Source of the DNA: an uncultured Nitrospiraceae bacterium
GTDB taxonomy: Bacteria; Nitrospirota; Nitrospiria; Nitrospirales; Nitrospiraceae
Direction: 5' to 3'
Length of the DNA stretch: 64,000 bases
Assembly (NCBI GenBank): GCA_963730935.1
Contig: CAVSTP010000002.1
Span: 64,001 to 128,000 of the forward strand
The position numbers and the translations under genes were made by a program. Every line of letters starts with the position of its first letter. The stretch's first letter is position 1. The notes under the pieces were generated by a model. The model was given only the letters and a program-made list of their open reading frames with translations. It did no database searches and was not told where the DNA came from. Positions 61,820-64,000 of this stretch are shown piece after piece.

Positions 61820-63012
61820 CAGTGATCCGACCCACCGCGTCCGCCTTTGGATGCACCGCCGTGCCGATCTCGCGAGATGCTGAGAAGCATCCCGACACCC
61901 ACGAAACTCACGACCAACGAGGAGCCGCCATAGCTGACAAAGGGCAGCGTCAATCCCTTGGTCGGCAACAAACCGGTGACCACCGCCGCGTTGACGAGCG
62001 CCTGGACGCCAATCAGGAGCGTAATGCCGAGGCCCAGATACTTTCCGAATGGCATCCGTGCGCGCGACGCAATCTGAAAACCCCGCCACACAAACAACGC
62101 AAAGAGCACGATCACGGAAGCTGTGCCCGCTAGGCCCAGTTCTTCTCCGACGAGCGCCAGAACGAAATCGGTGTGCGCTTCCGGCAGAAAGAACAACTTC
62201 TGTTTGCCTTCGCCCAAGCCGACTCCAAACGGGCCTCCGCTGCCGAACGCGAGAAATGACTGCGTGATCTGAAAACCGGCATCCGCAGCGTCCTTCCACG
62301 GGGCGAGAAACGTCATGAGCCGCTGGCGACGGTAACTGGACCCTAAGACCAGGATCAACACCACCGGAATCGCGCAGAGCCCCAGTCCAAGCAGATGAGT
62401 GATCCGCGCACCGCCCAAAAACAACAGAGAGACGGTCACCAAGCCCATCACGACGACGGTGCCGAGATCCGGCTCGAGCAACACGAGCCCACTGAGAACG
62501 CCGACGACGATCAACGCGGGGAGAAGCCCGCCGCGAAACAGTGTGATCTTGTCCGATTTCTTGGCCAGGTAGGCGGCGAGGTAGATGACGGCGACGAGCT
62601 TGACCATCTCGGCCGGTTGGATCGAGATGAGACCCCATCGTAACCATCGCCTTGCGCCCTTCGCCGCGACTCCTAGCGACGGGACCAAGACCATCACCAG
62701 CAGCACCGTCATCGCGATGAGAATCGGGATCGAAAGTTTTTTCCACAGCTGATAATCGATCCGCGAGGTGAGATGCATCAGCAGGACACCGAATCCCAGC
62801 CAGGCGATCTGTCGCTTCAGAAAAAACTCCGGGTCCTGAAATCGATTGCCGGCCACAATGGCGCTGGCACTGAAGACCATCACCAACCCCATTAAAGCCA
62901 GCGTCAGCGTCACGAACAGCAGTACGTGGTCCATCGCCACTCGGGAAACACCCGAGCGTTGCCCGCTCGTTGGCCAAGGCAACGACAACGTTCCTGCAGA
63001 TCGTGAGCCCAT
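61819..63012 (-). CDS. ftsW: Peptidoglycan polymerase FtsW
   Basis: GARRW, QPAE, EPDLG, LPEAHTDF, GEELG, LPTKG, SYGGSS. Confidence 0.96.
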   Translation of the reverse strand: MGSRSAGTLSLPWPTSGQRSGVSRVAMDHVLLFVTLTLALMGLVMVFSASAIVAGNRFQDPEFFLKRQIAWLGFGVLLMHLTSRIDYQLWKKLSIPILIAMTVLLVMVLVPSLGVAAKGARRWLRWGLISIQPAEMVKLVAVIYLAAYLAKKSDKITLFRGGLLPALIVVGVLSGLVLLEPDLGTVVVMGLVTVSLLFLGGARITHLLGLGLCAIPVVLILVLGSSYRRQRLMTFLAPWKDAADAGFQITQSFLAFGSGGPFGVGLGEGKQKLFFLPEAHTDFVLALVGEELGLAGTASVIVLFALFVWRGFQIASRARMPFGKYLGLGITLLIGVQALVNAAVVTGLLPTKGLTLPFVSYGGSSLVVSFVGVGMLLSISRDRHGGASKGGRGGSDH

Positions 63013-63042
63013 TGTTCAGAACCACCCCCCTGGGCAACGATG

Positions 63043-64000
63043 CTATTCCGGCAGCGCCTGCACCGCCGATTTGAATTGCCGTCCCCGGTCTTGATAGTCG
63101 CGAAACATGTCAAAACTCGCGCAGGCCGGCGACATCAACACGACGTCGCCGGCCGCTGCCTCGCGAGCTGCCCACTCCACTGCGTCCCGCAAGGACTTTG
63201 CTTCGCTCATCGTCGTCGCTCCCTCCCACGCCGACTTCAAAAGCGGCGCAGCTTCGCCGATCAAGATGGCATGCTTCACGCGACGCCGGACCATTTCGGT
63301 CAGGCGGGAAAAATCTCCGCCCTTGTCGCGCCCGCCGGCAATGAGCCAAATTGGACGATCGATCCCTTCCAAAGCCTTTAACGTCGCATCGACGTTCGTC
63401 CCCTTCGAATCATTCACGAAACGGACACCCCGCCGCTCTCTAACCAGTTCCAAGGCATGTTCGAGTCCAGGGAACGTGGTCACGACGCGGCGGATCATGT
63501 CTGGAGGACATCCCCAGAGCGCCGCATAGGTCGCCGCGGCCATGACATTCTCGACGTTATGATGGCCGAGAATCTTGAGATCGCTCTTGCGACAGATCTC
63601 CTGACGCCGACCGGTGACGGTCGTGACGATCTGATCGCCGTCGAGGAATGTTCCTCCGTCGAAACCGCGACCCACCTCCTGCCGCCTTGAAAAGCCAAGC
63701 CGCTTGGCGCGCACCGTGTTGGACAGCGTGGCCACACGAGGATCATCGAGATTGAAGAGGGCAAAGTCGTCGCCGGTCTGATTCTCAAAAATCCTGCGTT
63801 TTGCGGCTAGGTATTCGTCGATGGAGTCGTACCGGTCTTGATGATCCACCGTCACATTCAGAATGGCCGCCACCCAGGGATGAAAGCGCTCGATCGTTTC
63901 CAGCTGGAAACTGGAGACCTCGACCGCCAGGTAATCGTAGGGCTCCGGCTTTCCCTGCTTTTTCGCCTGCAATGCCGTCCAAGCGGCTTCGCTGAGCGCC
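63043..64000 (-). CDS. murD: UDP-MurNAc-L-Ala--D-glutamate ligase (5' end beyond window edge)
   Basis: EVSSFQL, DHQDRY, NDSKGTN, AGGRDKG, SPACASFD. Confidence 0.95.
   Translation of the reverse strand, partial: ALSEAAWTALQAKKQGKPEPYDYLAVEVSSFQLETIERFHPWVAAILNVTVDHQDRYDSIDEYLAAKRRIFENQTGDDFALFNLDDPRVATLSNTVRAKRLGFSRRQEVGRGFDGGTFLDGDQIVTTVTGRRQEICRKSDLKILGHHNVENVMAAATYAALWGCPPDMIRRVVTTFPGLEHALELVRERRGVRFVNDSKGTNVDATLKALEGIDRPIWLIAGGRDKGGDFSRLTEMVRRRVKHAILIGEAAPLLKSAWEGATTMSEAKSLRDAVEWAAREAAAGDVVLMSPACASFDMFRDYQDRGRQFKSAVQALPE

Noticed and set aside
60695..63037. 780-aa ORF suggesting a giant MurG or an FtsW-MurG fusion
   Set aside because: The first 406 codons are an alternative frame over ftsW with no recognisable motifs. 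MurG starts at 61819 through a normal TGATG overlap, and ftsW is intact.

Overview
Core-chromosome window from a GC-rich bacterium, most likely a Nitrospira. The assignment is inferred from ATP-citrate lyase clustered with a five-subunit 2-oxoacid:ferredoxin oxidoreductase and from an intergenic inverted-repeat element resembling ones I recall in that genus. Left part: a reductive TCA cluster (forB-C-E-D-A; aclB-aclA-aconitase-icd-Fe-S subunit of fumarate reductase/succinate dehydrogenase) with accessory genes (mutM, dual-specificity phosphatase, zinc-ribbon protein, Popeye/cNMP membrane protein, Rsm22-like methyltransferase). Middle: folD-metF-panB, mini-MetV-queF-apaH-DUF309, a beta-propeller/Cys-His/PilZ trio, two cyclophilins, and rpsF-ssb-rpsR-yceD-rpmF-plsX-fabHDG-acpP-fabF-rnc. 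An oppositely oriented imuB-like/dnaE2 cassette with a UdgX-like pseudogene sits between rpsF and pagL-ychF. Right part: prs-rplY-pth-ychF, pilC-pilS-pilR-ispE and the dcw cluster (murD to divIVA). Most notable: a +1 frameshift in forA, a 126-bp MITE-like element inside the for operon, a structured switch-like leader upstream of folD-metF-panB, a stand-alone miniature MetV, the imuA-less mutagenesis cassette with a palindromic operator, and a tRNA-like element upstream of prs. No CRISPR array, rRNA or intact tRNA was seen. All calls are by eye; no database searches were run.
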